64,000 nucleotides of DNA, taken from a virus (lineage: Duplodnaviria > Caudoviricetes). The number at the start of each line of letters is the position of its first letter. The stretch's first letter is position 1. The translations under genes and the position numbers were made by a program. Positions 1 to 9,395 of this stretch are shown here, piece after piece. The notes under the pieces were generated by a model. The model did not search any database, had not been told where the DNA came from, and saw only the letters and a program-made list of their open reading frames with translations. The stretch lies in IMG/VR virus record IMGVR_UViG_3300033075_001021. The stretch is one strand, 5' to 3'.

Positions 1-20
1 ATTTGTGAAGCAAGGGCAGC

Positions 21-151
21 CGCTAACAAGGTATTAGCAATATGGCGGCTGACGTGCTCGATTAAACATTTATTTTAAATTCAACTTTGGCTCTTCGTGT
101 CGGCTGTGGTGCGTTAATTCCGCCACATCGCTAATACCCGAACCGTTAGGC
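21..151 (-). repeat. attC-like integron cassette recombination site
   Basis: Minus strand GCCTAAC (R'') ... GTTAGCG (R') with inverted arms GGTATTAGCGATGTGGCGG / CCGCCATATTGCTAATACC; upstream ORF stops inside R''. Confidence 0.7.
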
Positions 152-433
152 GATATTTTGACACCACGCAATTACACCTTCATCTAATTCGTGTCCATCA
201 ATATCAATCTCCCAAATATTGTTCCCTAAAAAGTTTTTAAAATGAACTGTTACAACTCTTCCTTTAGTAGTTATTACCTCATAAAACCCAGTTTTTGTTG
301 GTTTAACATCTTCAATTAAATAAAAACATCGCCTAACATAGGGTTTGGCATTATTGGGGCTTGACGTAGTTACAATGGGCTTTTGTAACTCTATTGTGCT
401 GTTGTCCAAGCTGGACGGATTACTATTTGACAT
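146..433 (-). CDS. hypothetical protein in attC-bounded cassette (start uncertain)
   Basis: ORF ends in the TAA of GCCTAAC. Confidence 0.5.
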   Translation of the reverse strand: MSNSNPSSLDNSTIELQKPIVTTSSPNNAKPYVRRCFYLIEDVKPTKTGFYEVITTKGRVVTVHFKNFLGNNIWEIDIDGHELDEGVIAWCQNIA

Positions 434-529
434 TTGTATAAATTTTTAACTTTTGAATAAATATTGGGCTTTGGTTGTGTGCTGACGTATTTCAATTTCC
501 CCACCACCGCCAAGCCTTTTTCGTTATAA
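331..529 (-). repeat. attC-like site
   Basis: TTATAAC ... GTTAGGC ends with inverted arms GGCTTGGCGGTGGTGGGG / CCCCAATAATGCCAAACC. Confidence 0.7.
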
Positions 530-817
530 GCAATTGCTAAGAACCTGCTTCCAATTGACTTTTTCGCCACAATAAGGGCAGTAAACAAATCTGCTCAAAT
601 ACCCTTTTCTACCATCTACTATTTGACTTTTCGTTTGTGGTTCTCCATTCAATAAGCCATACTTTTTAAAAGTTGGTTGAATGTTTACAATCCTTTCTAC
701 TTCATAATCAATAGTAGATTTGTTTACTTTCTCACCGCTAAGAAATCCTACTAAGCAATCGCAACTGCTTATAACATCGGTTTTGCAATAGTGGGGCTTT
801 TGTGCTTTACTGGTCAT
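524..817 (-). CDS. hypothetical Zn-ribbon protein in cassette
   Basis: CDC ... YCPYCG motif; stops in R'' site. Confidence 0.6.
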   Translation of the reverse strand: MTSKAQKPHYCKTDVISSCDCLVGFLSGEKVNKSTIDYEVERIVNIQPTFKKYGLLNGEPQTKSQIVDGRKGYLSRFVYCPYCGEKVNWKQVLSNCL

Positions 818-875
818 TTGTACTTCTATTTAAGTTTAGTTGTGGGTTGAACATTTGTGCCTTGAAACCCCACCA
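769..875 (-). repeat. truncated attC-like site fused to HAD gene
   Basis: One arm and R' GTTATAA present; other arm stops after CCCCACCA (plus 868-875), where HAD coding sequence continues. Confidence 0.6.
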
Positions 876-1028
876 TCCTTTATGCGGCCAATCTTGTCCT
901 GTTTTTTCTTTATATTGAACATATCCTTTTTCTGGAACAGGTGTGTTTATGAGTGTTCCATCAAAGTCCCAAACACAAATTCGTGTAATATCAGACTTGT
1001 TTTTCTTTATATTTCCAAATGTACCCAT
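807..1028 (-). pseudogene. HAD-family phosphatase N-terminus (RNA-repair HAD-like), truncated
   Basis: WDFDGTL motif I; sequence switches to attC repeat after WPHKGWWG. Confidence 0.65.
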
Positions 1029-1680
1029 ATGCGTATTTTGTTTTTTTTCTTAAATTTGCACTAATATTTTTTCTATCTAAACCTAGTTTATTCTCAACAT
1101 CTTTAGCACTCTTCCATTCTCTAATAAATTCGCCATCTAATGTATATTGTAGAATTGGTTTCTTTCGCCCTTCAGCGTTATTTTTAATCCATTCTTCAGA
1201 TTTTATAATTTTCCGACCAATTGATTTCTCAGCTGCTAATTTTTGTGCTTCAGTAAAACCAACTTTTTTTCTATTTTCAGATATTTTTCTTTTAATTTCA
1301 TCAGAATGTCTTCTTAACTTACTCTTTTCTCCAATTTTTCTTTTTGTTTCTTCACTCATTACTCGGCCAGTACACCCTTCACCACCCAATGTTAAATTCA
1401 TCCCATTAATATTATCTCGATTAAAGCTATTATATAAACCAATATAATAGACTTCCAATTGATTTAACTCAATATCTGAATACACACCTTCTTTTATTAT
1501 TTCAATATTATGTTTATCAAAACCATATTTTTTTAATGAAGAACACAATATTTTTTGAGCGTTACAATTACATTTTTTATAGTCTTTAAATCTTACATCT
1601 AAATTTGTTGTTTTTCCAATGTAAATCTTCCCTGTTGGTGATATAATCTTGTAAATATACCCTTTTTTCATAAGCGACAT
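991..1680 (-). CDS. GIY-YIG homing endonuclease with NUMOD3/NUMOD1 domains
   Basis: GYIYKI..KIYIGKT, NLTLGGEG, SEETKRKI, YGYIWKY. Confidence 0.9.
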   Translation of the reverse strand: MSLMKKGYIYKIISPTGKIYIGKTTNLDVRFKDYKKCNCNAQKILCSSLKKYGFDKHNIEIIKEGVYSDIELNQLEVYYIGLYNSFNRDNINGMNLTLGGEGCTGRVMSEETKRKIGEKSKLRRHSDEIKRKISENRKKVGFTEAQKLAAEKSIGRKIIKSEEWIKNNAEGRKKPILQYTLDGEFIREWKSAKDVENKLGLDRKNISANLRKKTKYAYGYIWKYKEKQV

Positions 1681-1710
1681 TTATTATAAATATGTCGCTT
1701 CTTCTCAAAA

Positions 1711-1815
1711 TCAAAAAATAAGTGTCCCATCAAAATCGAATACAGCGATTCTAGTTATTTGGTCCTTAGATTTACCTTCTTTCAAGATTTCTCTTATTTT
1801 CTTTTTCTCGTTCAT
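1711..1815 (-). pseudogene. orphaned original 5' end of the HAD gene
   Basis: MNEKKKIREILKEGKSKDQITRIAVFDFDGTLIF*, paralogous to ITRICVWDFDGTLI downstream of the endonuclease. Confidence 0.85.
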
Positions 1816-2135
1816 CTGAACAAATTTAACAATTTCGTAATTAATGATTCTTTGTATTTTCCTAAAAGAGTACCATATATCCTCTTTGATGCCGACCCAA
1901 TAAGTTCTTTAGTTATCGGACCGTGAGCATTGATTGTCTGCTTTAGGGCACCATTTATTCGTCGCACATCAAGATTTTTCTCACGCTTGAGCTTATTAAT
2001 GGTGTCTAAATTATCTTTTTCATACATATCAACAATACTTAATATCTTGTCAATATTTGGGGTTGTTTTTGAAAGCTCTAACTCAATCTGTTCTTTTAGC
2101 CTTCCTTTTCTTGTTTTTAAAATATTAAATGCCAT
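1812..2135 (-). CDS. hypothetical protein
   Basis: ORF behind a TAnnTTTG promoter. Confidence 0.7.
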   Translation of the reverse strand: MAFNILKTRKGRLKEQIELELSKTTPNIDKILSIVDMYEKDNLDTINKLKREKNLDVRRINGALKQTINAHGPITKELIGSASKRIYGTLLGKYKESLITKLLNLFR

Positions 2136-2139
2136 GTTG

Positions 2140-2171
2140 CAAATATACGTATTTTATTTTTATTTTCCAAA
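2140..2171 (-). promoter_or_regulatory. Bacteroidota sigma-A type promoter (example of about 20 copies)
   Basis: TTTGGAAAATAAAATAAAATACGTATATTTG = -33 TTTG / -7 TAnnTTTG; similar near 6003, 9855, 14048, 18842, 20091, 23080, 26337, 31163, 35748, 35866, 38821, 45542, 49501, 51044, 53933, 54900, 62747, 63948. Confidence 0.8.
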
Positions 2172-2172
2172 T

Positions 2173-2817
2173 TTAAGGTACAGTATATGGGTCATGGTGT
2201 TGAAATAATTCAGTATTAGCATCCCCCATATATCCTGTTAATCCATCTAGAAATCCAGCGTCTTGCCAACGTCTTATTGTTTCTTCCCTTCTTCTATCCA
2301 TTTCGACTAAATTGATTTCACCATATAAGTTTGGATTTACTTCTACATTAGCATATCTAGCCGAAAGTCTATCTGGTATTTGATGGTCCCATTCAACGGC
2401 TTGTGGTGTTTCCATTACAGGTATATAAGGCGAATAAACATATCCAGCATCCACACCACCCCGATATTGATAATTCAAATAAACCAATTCGCCTCTAGGA
2501 CCTTCCATGGGTTGAACATCAACCAAATCCAACCCTATTGTTCTAGCTGCTACTTGTTGAACAAATGGGAAATACTTACCCTTATCATATTTAGGTGTCC
2601 ACCAATCGTTGAAATTAAATGCTTTGGTGTTGGTTTTAATCCAACTTTTGATATACCATTTAAGGCCCTTCTTATCTAAGCTAAATATTGTTTCAAGTTC
2701 CTTTATAAGGACATAAGAAGGTAAATCAAAATCATTATATAATTGTTGTCTTCTGACTTTGTTTTCTACTATGTGAAAGTGTTCAGATAGGTATCTATGG
2801 ATTAATTTTTTCATCAA
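2173..2817 (-). CDS. short protein carrying T4 gp23-like major capsid protein segments
   Basis: VAARTIGLDLVDVQPMEGPRGELVYLNY, GYVYSPYIPV, RWQDAGFLDGL. Confidence 0.65.
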   Translation of the reverse strand: MMKKLIHRYLSEHFHIVENKVRRQQLYNDFDLPSYVLIKELETIFSLDKKGLKWYIKSWIKTNTKAFNFNDWWTPKYDKGKYFPFVQQVAARTIGLDLVDVQPMEGPRGELVYLNYQYRGGVDAGYVYSPYIPVMETPQAVEWDHQIPDRLSARYANVEVNPNLYGEINLVEMDRRREETIRRWQDAGFLDGLTGYMGDANTELFQHHDPYTVP

Positions 2818-2983
2818 TTCAAATTAATATCTGGGCCAATGGTTGGTTCTTCCTCATTATCGTCAACAATGAGTAATCCTTCAATTATATCCCCATTTTC
2901 ATCCAAAACCCTTACGTCTAATTTACCAATTTTTTCATCATAGTCAATGGTTATAACATATTCACCAAGGTCGATTCTTTTTT

Positions 2984-3226
2984 TCATAGCAATCTAAGTT
3001 TTTCTTGTCGTGATAACTTTTTTATTCGATGTTCTTCCTTAGATGCTTCACTACGGTTTTTAGCCTCAAAAACAGCCCTTAAATGGACAGGGAGCCGCAT
3101 ACGTGTGTATTTAGCTCCCTTACCAGAATTATGCTCTAATAGCCTTCTATTGACGTCTGTGGTTATCCCAGTATAAAGCGTACCATCTTTTTCACATTCT
3201 AAGATGTAAACATACCATTTCTTCAT
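2984..3226 (-). CDS. small GIY-YIG nuclease (UPF0213-like)
   Basis: [31 protein letters not shown]. Confidence 0.85.
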   Translation of the reverse strand: MKKWYVYILECEKDGTLYTGITTDVNRRLLEHNSGKGAKYTRMRLPVHLRAVFEAKNRSEASKEEHRIKKLSRQEKLRLL

Positions 3227-3266
3227 ATTATATAAATATGACCTGATGTGCTAAATTTAAGCATAA

Positions 3267-3827
3267 TTAATAATAAATAAATTCTTCATCGACAAATGTT
3301 TCCTCAAATTTTTCCATCCCTTCTTTAAACTCTTTAGTTTGCATGTATGCATTAAGAGCCCTCCACCCCTTAAGTCTTTCCCATTCTTTTTTCTTAATTA
3401 CATACCTAACGTCTTCTGACCAACCTTTTTGCTCAACTATTTTAGCGGCTTCTTTTTCACCATCTTGGAAAGAAAAGAATGTATAATATTTCTCAGCCAA
3501 TCTTAAAACCTCATCTTTAGTTAAAGTTTTCTTTTTAAGATTTAACCCAATGTTTTGTTTTACTTTATCTAAAATGTTTAGCTTCTTGGCTTCAGAATAA
3601 GCGCCTTTATAATTTGTTTGAAAGGCTTTAAGACTTCGGCAATCTTTGGCTAAAAATAAGATATCTTCTTCAGTGTATTGCTTACGCTCACGTTTAGGTT
3701 GTGAAGTATTCTTCCAACCAAAAGTATCACATAACTTCTGAATCAAACCTTTACGCTTTGCCGCAGAATACGCCGCTGGATTATCCTTTTTGAATTCTGT
3801 TAATGACTTATATTTTGACTTTTCCAT
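3267..3827 (-). CDS. helical-repeat putative DNA-binding protein
   Basis: N-terminus paralogous to adjacent ORF; no nuclease motif. Confidence 0.6.
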   Translation of the reverse strand: MEKSKYKSLTEFKKDNPAAYSAAKRKGLIQKLCDTFGWKNTSQPKRERKQYTEEDILFLAKDCRSLKAFQTNYKGAYSEAKKLNILDKVKQNIGLNLKKKTLTKDEVLRLAEKYYTFFSFQDGEKEAAKIVEQKGWSEDVRYVIKKKEWERLKGWRALNAYMQTKEFKEGMEKFEETFVDEEFIYY

Positions 3828-4570
3828 TATTTCTTTTTAATCATATGTGAACAAATTTCATTTAGCCAACCATTTTTTTGCGCACTATTATATGCTGATT
3901 TATTATTTTTCCCCCAATCCCACAACGAATCATATTTTTTTGCTTCTTCAATACATTTTTCTTTAGTCCATTTCATTCTAGGATTAACCATATGTTTTGA
4001 ACATATAGTTAAAAGATTATTATCACATGCAAATTTATATGATGAAGATGATTGTTTTTGCCAGTCGCCCCTTGTTTTATATTTTTTTGCTTCTTCAATA
4101 CATTTTTCTTTAGTCCATTTAATATTCTCTTTACGCTTCTTTATCATATGTTTAATACAATCTTTTAACCAATTATTTCTTCTAGCAGCTTTCATTGAAC
4201 CATTACTATTAATTTGCCATTCTTTTTTTGTTTTATATCTCTTTGCCTCTCTAATACATTTTTCTTTAGTCCAAAAATTAGCAGGTGTATGTTTTTTCTT
4301 TTCCCAATTATTTAATTTACATAATAATTTCTCAATTTTAAATCTTTTAGCCGCACCATAAGCACCAGAATTCCCACTTCTAAACTCATTTAATGTTGCA
4401 TAGTTTTTTGATTCTTCGATACATTCTTTTTTAGTCCATTTTTTCTTTTTAATCCAACCGAATCTTTCACAAATTTCATTAATTAATTTTTGTCTACAAG
4501 CAGCTTGATACGCAGCGGGATTTGCTTCTCGCCATTCTTTAAATGATTTGTATTGTGATTTCTCCATCAT
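3827..4570 (-). CDS. tandem-repeat putative DNA-binding protein
   Basis: Four ~50-aa repeats WTKEKCIEEAKKY. Confidence 0.7.
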   Translation of the reverse strand: MMEKSQYKSFKEWREANPAAYQAACRQKLINEICERFGWIKKKKWTKKECIEESKNYATLNEFRSGNSGAYGAAKRFKIEKLLCKLNNWEKKKHTPANFWTKEKCIREAKRYKTKKEWQINSNGSMKAARRNNWLKDCIKHMIKKRKENIKWTKEKCIEEAKKYKTRGDWQKQSSSSYKFACDNNLLTICSKHMVNPRMKWTKEKCIEEAKKYDSLWDWGKNNKSAYNSAQKNGWLNEICSHMIKKK

Positions 4571-6033
4571 ATGTTACCCCTTGCAGATTCAAATATTTTT
4601 TCTTCGGTCCACTTTTCAATTCCAGATAATACAGCTCGATATTCACCAATAGTTGTGGTTTTATAAATACTAACTGGATTATCCAAATCATGAATGATGT
4701 TCTTAAATAAATCAATTACATCAATTGTAAATTCTGGTAAAATAAATTTTTTATTTGGTTTATTACCGCCCCCAATACCACCGCCAGAAGAACCACCACT
4801 GGTCTTAGTTTGCTTTATAACTGGGATTAACATACCATTAAAATTGCTACCGTTAAAGGTTGACAAGAACTTATTATCTGTCAACATTAATGCACCACAT
4901 ACGCAAGCGTGTGTGAAATCCATAAAACCATATTGCTGTGTAGTAACCTTCAAATAATATTTTTCCATACTAGGGTTACCTCTTAACACCCTTGAAAACA
5001 TTTGATTGATAAGGTTTGGATTGTGGGTACCAGACATATCAATGATATTCCAAAGATTATCGTCTGAATAACCTAATCTAGCTCTATCTACCACAACCAA
5101 TACATCAAATTCATTGTTTTTAAATTTCACTAATTCTGAACTATCAACGTCCCCTTCAGAATGAGAAACACCAACATTAACGTTATGTTTTTTAAGAATA
5201 TTATAAACATCATCAGCTTGTTTTACTGACCTACAAGTTATAAGTGTTTTTCCAAGTTTATTATACGTAAACGCCCAAGATTTAATTTTAGTTAAAAGTG
5301 ATGGGCTATTAAATTCTTCGGGTTTAAATTTCTTCTTAACCCTTTCAATTAACTTAAGAATAATTGATTCAAGTGTTGCTTCAGTATCTTTTTTTGGAAA
5401 CTTATACCTACCCTTAATTTCATAATTACTGTCGATTTGCCCAGTCCAATTGTATTTAGATGCAACCAGTTCAATATTAAGTTTTGCAAAATATTCTGGC
5501 GGTATTGAATTTATTGCCAATGGATAAAGAGGATATCCACCTTTTTTAATGAAAACAGACGGTGTACCAGTTAACAAAATTTGTTTCTTTGGTTTAACCG
5601 TCTCAACAATTTTTTGTACCTGAGGCGCTAAATAATTTTCATGGGCTTCATCCACAATAAGTAAATCATAGTGTCCCTTAATCTTCTTAATTGTTTGTGG
5701 TAAACAAACATGTACTTGAGTGTTTGGATTAAAATTATCTGAATAAGTAAAATTCACATTCACTTCATTCAAACGGTCCATATAATTAGACCTTAAAACA
5801 GTTGTAGAATGAGTTAAAACCAATGCTTTTGCTTTTTGGTTTATTTTAAGATACCTTTGAAGTATATCAATTGATATTTCAGTTTTACCAGCGTTAGGTG
5901 CAAGGCCAAGTACTGACACGCTATTTTTCATTGCAAATTCAACTGCTGGTTCTTGATATGCTCGAAGAATCAAATCTCTTTTCATTATTTTACTTTTAGG
6001 TACAAATATACCAAAAATCATTGACAAAAACAA
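4567..6033 (-). CDS. SF2 helicase/ATPase (ResIII-like); likely start MKRDL ~5985
   Basis: LRAYQE, PNAGKT, IVDEAH, LLTGT, QMFSRVLR. Confidence 0.85.
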   Translation of the reverse strand: MFLSMIFGIFVPKSKIMKRDLILRAYQEPAVEFAMKNSVSVLGLAPNAGKTEISIDILQRYLKINQKAKALVLTHSTTVLRSNYMDRLNEVNVNFTYSDNFNPNTQVHVCLPQTIKKIKGHYDLLIVDEAHENYLAPQVQKIVETVKPKKQILLTGTPSVFIKKGGYPLYPLAINSIPPEYFAKLNIELVASKYNWTGQIDSNYEIKGRYKFPKKDTEATLESIILKLIERVKKKFKPEEFNSPSLLTKIKSWAFTYNKLGKTLITCRSVKQADDVYNILKKHNVNVGVSHSEGDVDSSELVKFKNNEFDVLVVVDRARLGYSDDNLWNIIDMSGTHNPNLINQMFSRVLRGNPSMEKYYLKVTTQQYGFMDFTHACVCGALMLTDNKFLSTFNGSNFNGMLIPVIKQTKTSGGSSGGGIGGGNKPNKKFILPEFTIDVIDLFKNIIHDLDNPVSIYKTTTIGEYRAVLSGIEKWTEEKIFESARGNI

Positions 6034-6056
6034 AATTCTTGCCTATATTTATTCAT

Positions 6057-6191
6057 ATGAAAAAACCAGAAACAAAACTAAACATTACTCTCTCACCTGA
6101 AATCATCCAAAAAATCAAGGATAGTAATTATAATCGAAATAAGCTGATAATCAATCTTTTAGAACAACATGTCAAAAAATCTAAAAAATAA
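6057..6191 (+). CDS. small ribbon-helix-helix-like protein
   Basis: MKKPETKLNITLSPEIIQKI... behind a TATTTAT motif; not in ORF track. Confidence 0.55.
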   Translation: MKKPETKLNITLSPEIIQKIKDSNYNRNKLIINLLEQHVKKSKK

Positions 6192-6246
6192 TTACGGTTT
6201 TTTGACTGTTTTTACTTTTCTGTGATATTTATAAAAAACCAATATC

Positions 6247-6402
6247 ATGGGAAGAAAAAAGAAAGAAGACAAAGACAAAAAAGTTACGGTTAGCATACGC
6301 ATACCTGATGAATTATTGGCCAGCATAGCTGATATCCAGAATAAGAGTCAATTCTTTGAGTGGTTGCTTGAGGAGTACTTTGCTAAACTAAAAACGAAGT
6401 AA
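6247..6402 (+). CDS. small ribbon-helix-helix-like protein
   Basis: MGRKKKEDKDKKVTVSIRIPDELL...NKSQFFEWLL behind a TATTTAT motif. Confidence 0.6.
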   Translation: MGRKKKEDKDKKVTVSIRIPDELLASIADIQNKSQFFEWLLEEYFAKLKTK

Positions 6403-6404
6403 CA

Positions 6405-7295
6405 ATGGGGGTTAAGTTGACAACAGAAGAATTTATTACTAGAGTTAAAAAAATACATGGTGATAGATATGACTATTCTAAAGTTAATTACATATCTTTA
6501 GATAAAAAAGTTTTAATTATTGATGAAAACGGCTTCGAACATACTATTCGTCCAGACAATTTAATATCTGGTAATAAATTAAACATTAGAAGCGTAATTA
6601 AAAAAGAAGATTATTTAACACACAAATTCAATACTATTCATCAGGGAAAATATTCATACTACAACTTAAACTATAAAAATGGTGTTGTTACAATAACATG
6701 TAACACACACGGTAATTTTACTCAAACAGTTGACAATCATTTAAAGGGTAAAGGTTGCCCAAAATGTAAGGGTAAAAATAAAACAACAAGTGACATTATT
6801 ATAGAATTTAACAAAATACATAAAAACAAATATGATTATTCATTGGTCAAGTACAACGGAATAAAAAATAAAGTAACTATTATTTGTCCAAAGCATGGAA
6901 ACTTTAATCAAACACCTGAAGAACATATAAATGGTTGTGGTTGTCCTATTTGTAAAACATCAAAAGGAGAAAAATATATTGCTGAATTATTAGATAGCAA
7001 TAATATTAAATATATTCCCCAACATAGATTCCAAAATTGTAAAAATATATTACCATTACCGTTTGATTTCTATTTGCCTGATTTTAATACATGTATTGAA
7101 TACCATGGTGAACAACATTATAGACCAATTCAACATTTTGGTGGTATTAAAAAATTTAACCTAACAAAAAAAAGGGATGCGATTAAAAAAGAATATTGTG
7201 ATAACAATTGGATTAACCTTATTATAGTTCCATTTAATCAGACTTCAAAATTAGATATAACCAAGCTTACCCATAATTTTTTTAATCTCGTCTAG
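6405..7295 (+). CDS. homing endonuclease (YDYS/CPxHG repeats plus PD-(D/E)XK/Vsr-like domain)
   Basis: KYDYSLVKY..ICPKHG..GCPIC; LPFDFYLP..CIEYHGEQH. Confidence 0.8.
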   Translation: MGVKLTTEEFITRVKKIHGDRYDYSKVNYISLDKKVLIIDENGFEHTIRPDNLISGNKLNIRSVIKKEDYLTHKFNTIHQGKYSYYNLNYKNGVVTITCNTHGNFTQTVDNHLKGKGCPKCKGKNKTTSDIIIEFNKIHKNKYDYSLVKYNGIKNKVTIICPKHGNFNQTPEEHINGCGCPICKTSKGEKYIAELLDSNNIKYIPQHRFQNCKNILPLPFDFYLPDFNTCIEYHGEQHYRPIQHFGGIKKFNLTKKRDAIKKEYCDNNWINLIIVPFNQTSKLDITKLTHNFFNLV

Positions 7296-7703
7296 ACATG
7301 TAACTTGAGATTCATGAAGACATGTATATGCCTCGTCTAAAGTTATCCAACGATAGTCGTCCATTTCAGGGAATCCACCTTGACTTTCAGGTACAAATGA
7401 ATTGCATTTCAATTCAAATTTGTTAAAATCAATTGGATTTTGAATCTCGAATAAAACAAAAGGATGAAGTGTTTTTTTCATCCTTTTGTATTCAACTGGT
7501 GGTAAATTATGTATTACCCGCCAGTTTGAAACGTCAGCGTTGGTTTCTTCAAATGTTTCCCTAACTGCCGCTTCTAGTGGTTTTTCATTGTCGTCCAATC
7601 GGCCTTTTGGTATTCCCCAAAAGTTTGGCTTATGGTTGGTCGGATGACCAACCAAAAACCTATTGTCTTTCCTTATTAAAAATAGTCCAGCTGCGTGTAC
7701 CAT
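7251..7703 (-). CDS. NUDIX hydrolase
   Basis: PKGRLDDNEKPLEAAVRETFEET Nudix box. Confidence 0.9.
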   Translation of the reverse strand: MVHAAGLFLIRKDNRFLVGHPTNHKPNFWGIPKGRLDDNEKPLEAAVRETFEETNADVSNWRVIHNLPPVEYKRMKKTLHPFVLFEIQNPIDFNKFELKCNSFVPESQGGFPEMDDYRWITLDEAYTCLHESQVTCLDEIKKIMGKLGYI

Positions 7704-7715
7704 TACATTTTAGTT

Positions 7716-8945
7716 TTAAAAGTCATATTCATCAAATGCACCATATCCACTAGCATAACTACCCCTACCATATTTGTACATATCGTTGAATGCATAATCA
7801 TCCTGTACTGTCAAGATTACTTCACCATTTGGAAGATTAAATGGTGTTACCATTTTGGTTTGTATTTTCTTTTTCCGTTGTCTTGGTTTAGAACCAGATT
7901 TACCAGCTTCCTTAGCAGTACTTCTAAGTAATACATCCAAACTAGGTTCATCGCTTGATGGGCGACTACCAATATCTTCACCTTCTTCAGCCTCTACTTC
8001 ATATTCATTAACTTCTACTTTAATTGAGGTGAAATCAAGGACTTCTTGAATTTGACCAATATATGTGTCGTTAATATAAAAGCTTGAGTTAATACTGTGG
8101 TCACCAAAGTTGATTCTTGGGCTGATTTTAACGCCCTTCATGAGAAGTTCTGGTTTACCATCAACATCCATGAAAATTTTGTACTTACCTTTTCTGGTAC
8201 TAGCATTAAAGACATTTTTAAAGTTGAGCGGAGATTCCTCTTGAATATTAATCTCGTTGATGATTGATTTTACAATATCAACAGTGATGATTTCAAGTGT
8301 TGATGCATATGTAATACAATCATCTTTAAATTCTTTGTAAATCAATAAATCATCCACGATTTCCTCAACAATATCAGGTGATAGGTTACCAAATGTTTTA
8401 AGATACCTAACACGACTTGGCCTATCAATAAGATTGGTGTCGATGTAAAGATTATTTGTAGTCATTAAAAACACCCTTCTGAAAGGAGAATTTAATGCGC
8501 CATCCATAATGGTCAAAAGTTCATTTGACTCTTTATAGATTTTTTCATATTCATCAACAAACACAACAATATCCTGTGGAATGGCGTTGATGAATGTGTG
8601 TGCGTTTTCCATGTGTCTTGGAACAACAACAACGGGGAGGTTTAAGCTATTGCAGATAATTTTAGATGTAACTGTTTTACCTGTACCTTTAACTCCGTTA
8701 AGTAATATACCAAGATTACCTGAATCGGTTTTAAAGTAATACTTCAGTACTCTTTTTACCAAATCAGTTTCAAGGCCGTAAATCTTGTACGGGAATTCAA
8801 ATTTTTCAGACATCGGGGAAAGGTGAAAACCAAACATGTTTGGTTCCAACTCGTAAATGGCTGGTTCAAGTTTTTTAAATGTGTTTTTTTGCTTTTCGCT
8901 AAGATGAAAATTACCACCTTTAGCAACCCATACTAATTCACTCAT
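7716..8945 (-). CDS. AAA+ ATPase
   Basis: GVKGTGKT, VFVDEYEK, DRPSRV. Confidence 0.85.
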   Translation of the reverse strand: MSELVWVAKGGNFHLSEKQKNTFKKLEPAIYELEPNMFGFHLSPMSEKFEFPYKIYGLETDLVKRVLKYYFKTDSGNLGILLNGVKGTGKTVTSKIICNSLNLPVVVVPRHMENAHTFINAIPQDIVVFVDEYEKIYKESNELLTIMDGALNSPFRRVFLMTTNNLYIDTNLIDRPSRVRYLKTFGNLSPDIVEEIVDDLLIYKEFKDDCITYASTLEIITVDIVKSIINEINIQEESPLNFKNVFNASTRKGKYKIFMDVDGKPELLMKGVKISPRINFGDHSINSSFYINDTYIGQIQEVLDFTSIKVEVNEYEVEAEEGEDIGSRPSSDEPSLDVLLRSTAKEAGKSGSKPRQRKKKIQTKMVTPFNLPNGEVILTVQDDYAFNDMYKYGRGSYASGYGAFDEYDF

Positions 8946-8966
8946 GGTTTTTTTGTTTTTGTTTTA

Positions 8967-9395
8967 TTAAATAATACCGTGTTCGGTCAATTGACGTTCC
9001 ACTTCTGCCCAATCAATAAATTTTCTTGAACTAAGCTCAGGGTCTGTTTTCAATGGAGCGCCCAAAGCTGCATCGTCAATGTATAGATTGGCGTATTGTT
9101 TGTTACTGTTTGACCATCCACTAGCTTTTTGAGATGGGTTATGATTAACCGCCCAAAGTGGGATGTCATTTTTTTTGAACCATTCAACTGCTTCTTTAAG
9201 TGTTGCTCTGTTATTTTGTGGTTTAGTACCACGCATCGTCCATAGCATTATTTTATGGCCCCTTTCTGCAATTTTTTTAAGTACTGGTACGGCACCAATA
9301 TCTTTTCCTACATCGGGATATTCATGTGTTACGCACGTACCGTCAAAATCAACACCTATGATAAGTGTATTTCGTTCTCTTGTTGCAGCGCTCAT
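8967..9395 (-). CDS. HAD-like hydrolase (BT0820-like)
   Basis: GVDFDGT, LWTMR, YIDD. Confidence 0.8.
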   Translation of the reverse strand: MSAATRERNTLIIGVDFDGTCVTHEYPDVGKDIGAVPVLKKIAERGHKIMLWTMRGTKPQNNRATLKEAVEWFKKNDIPLWAVNHNPSQKASGWSNSNKQYANLYIDDAALGAPLKTDPELSSRKFIDWAEVERQLTEHGII

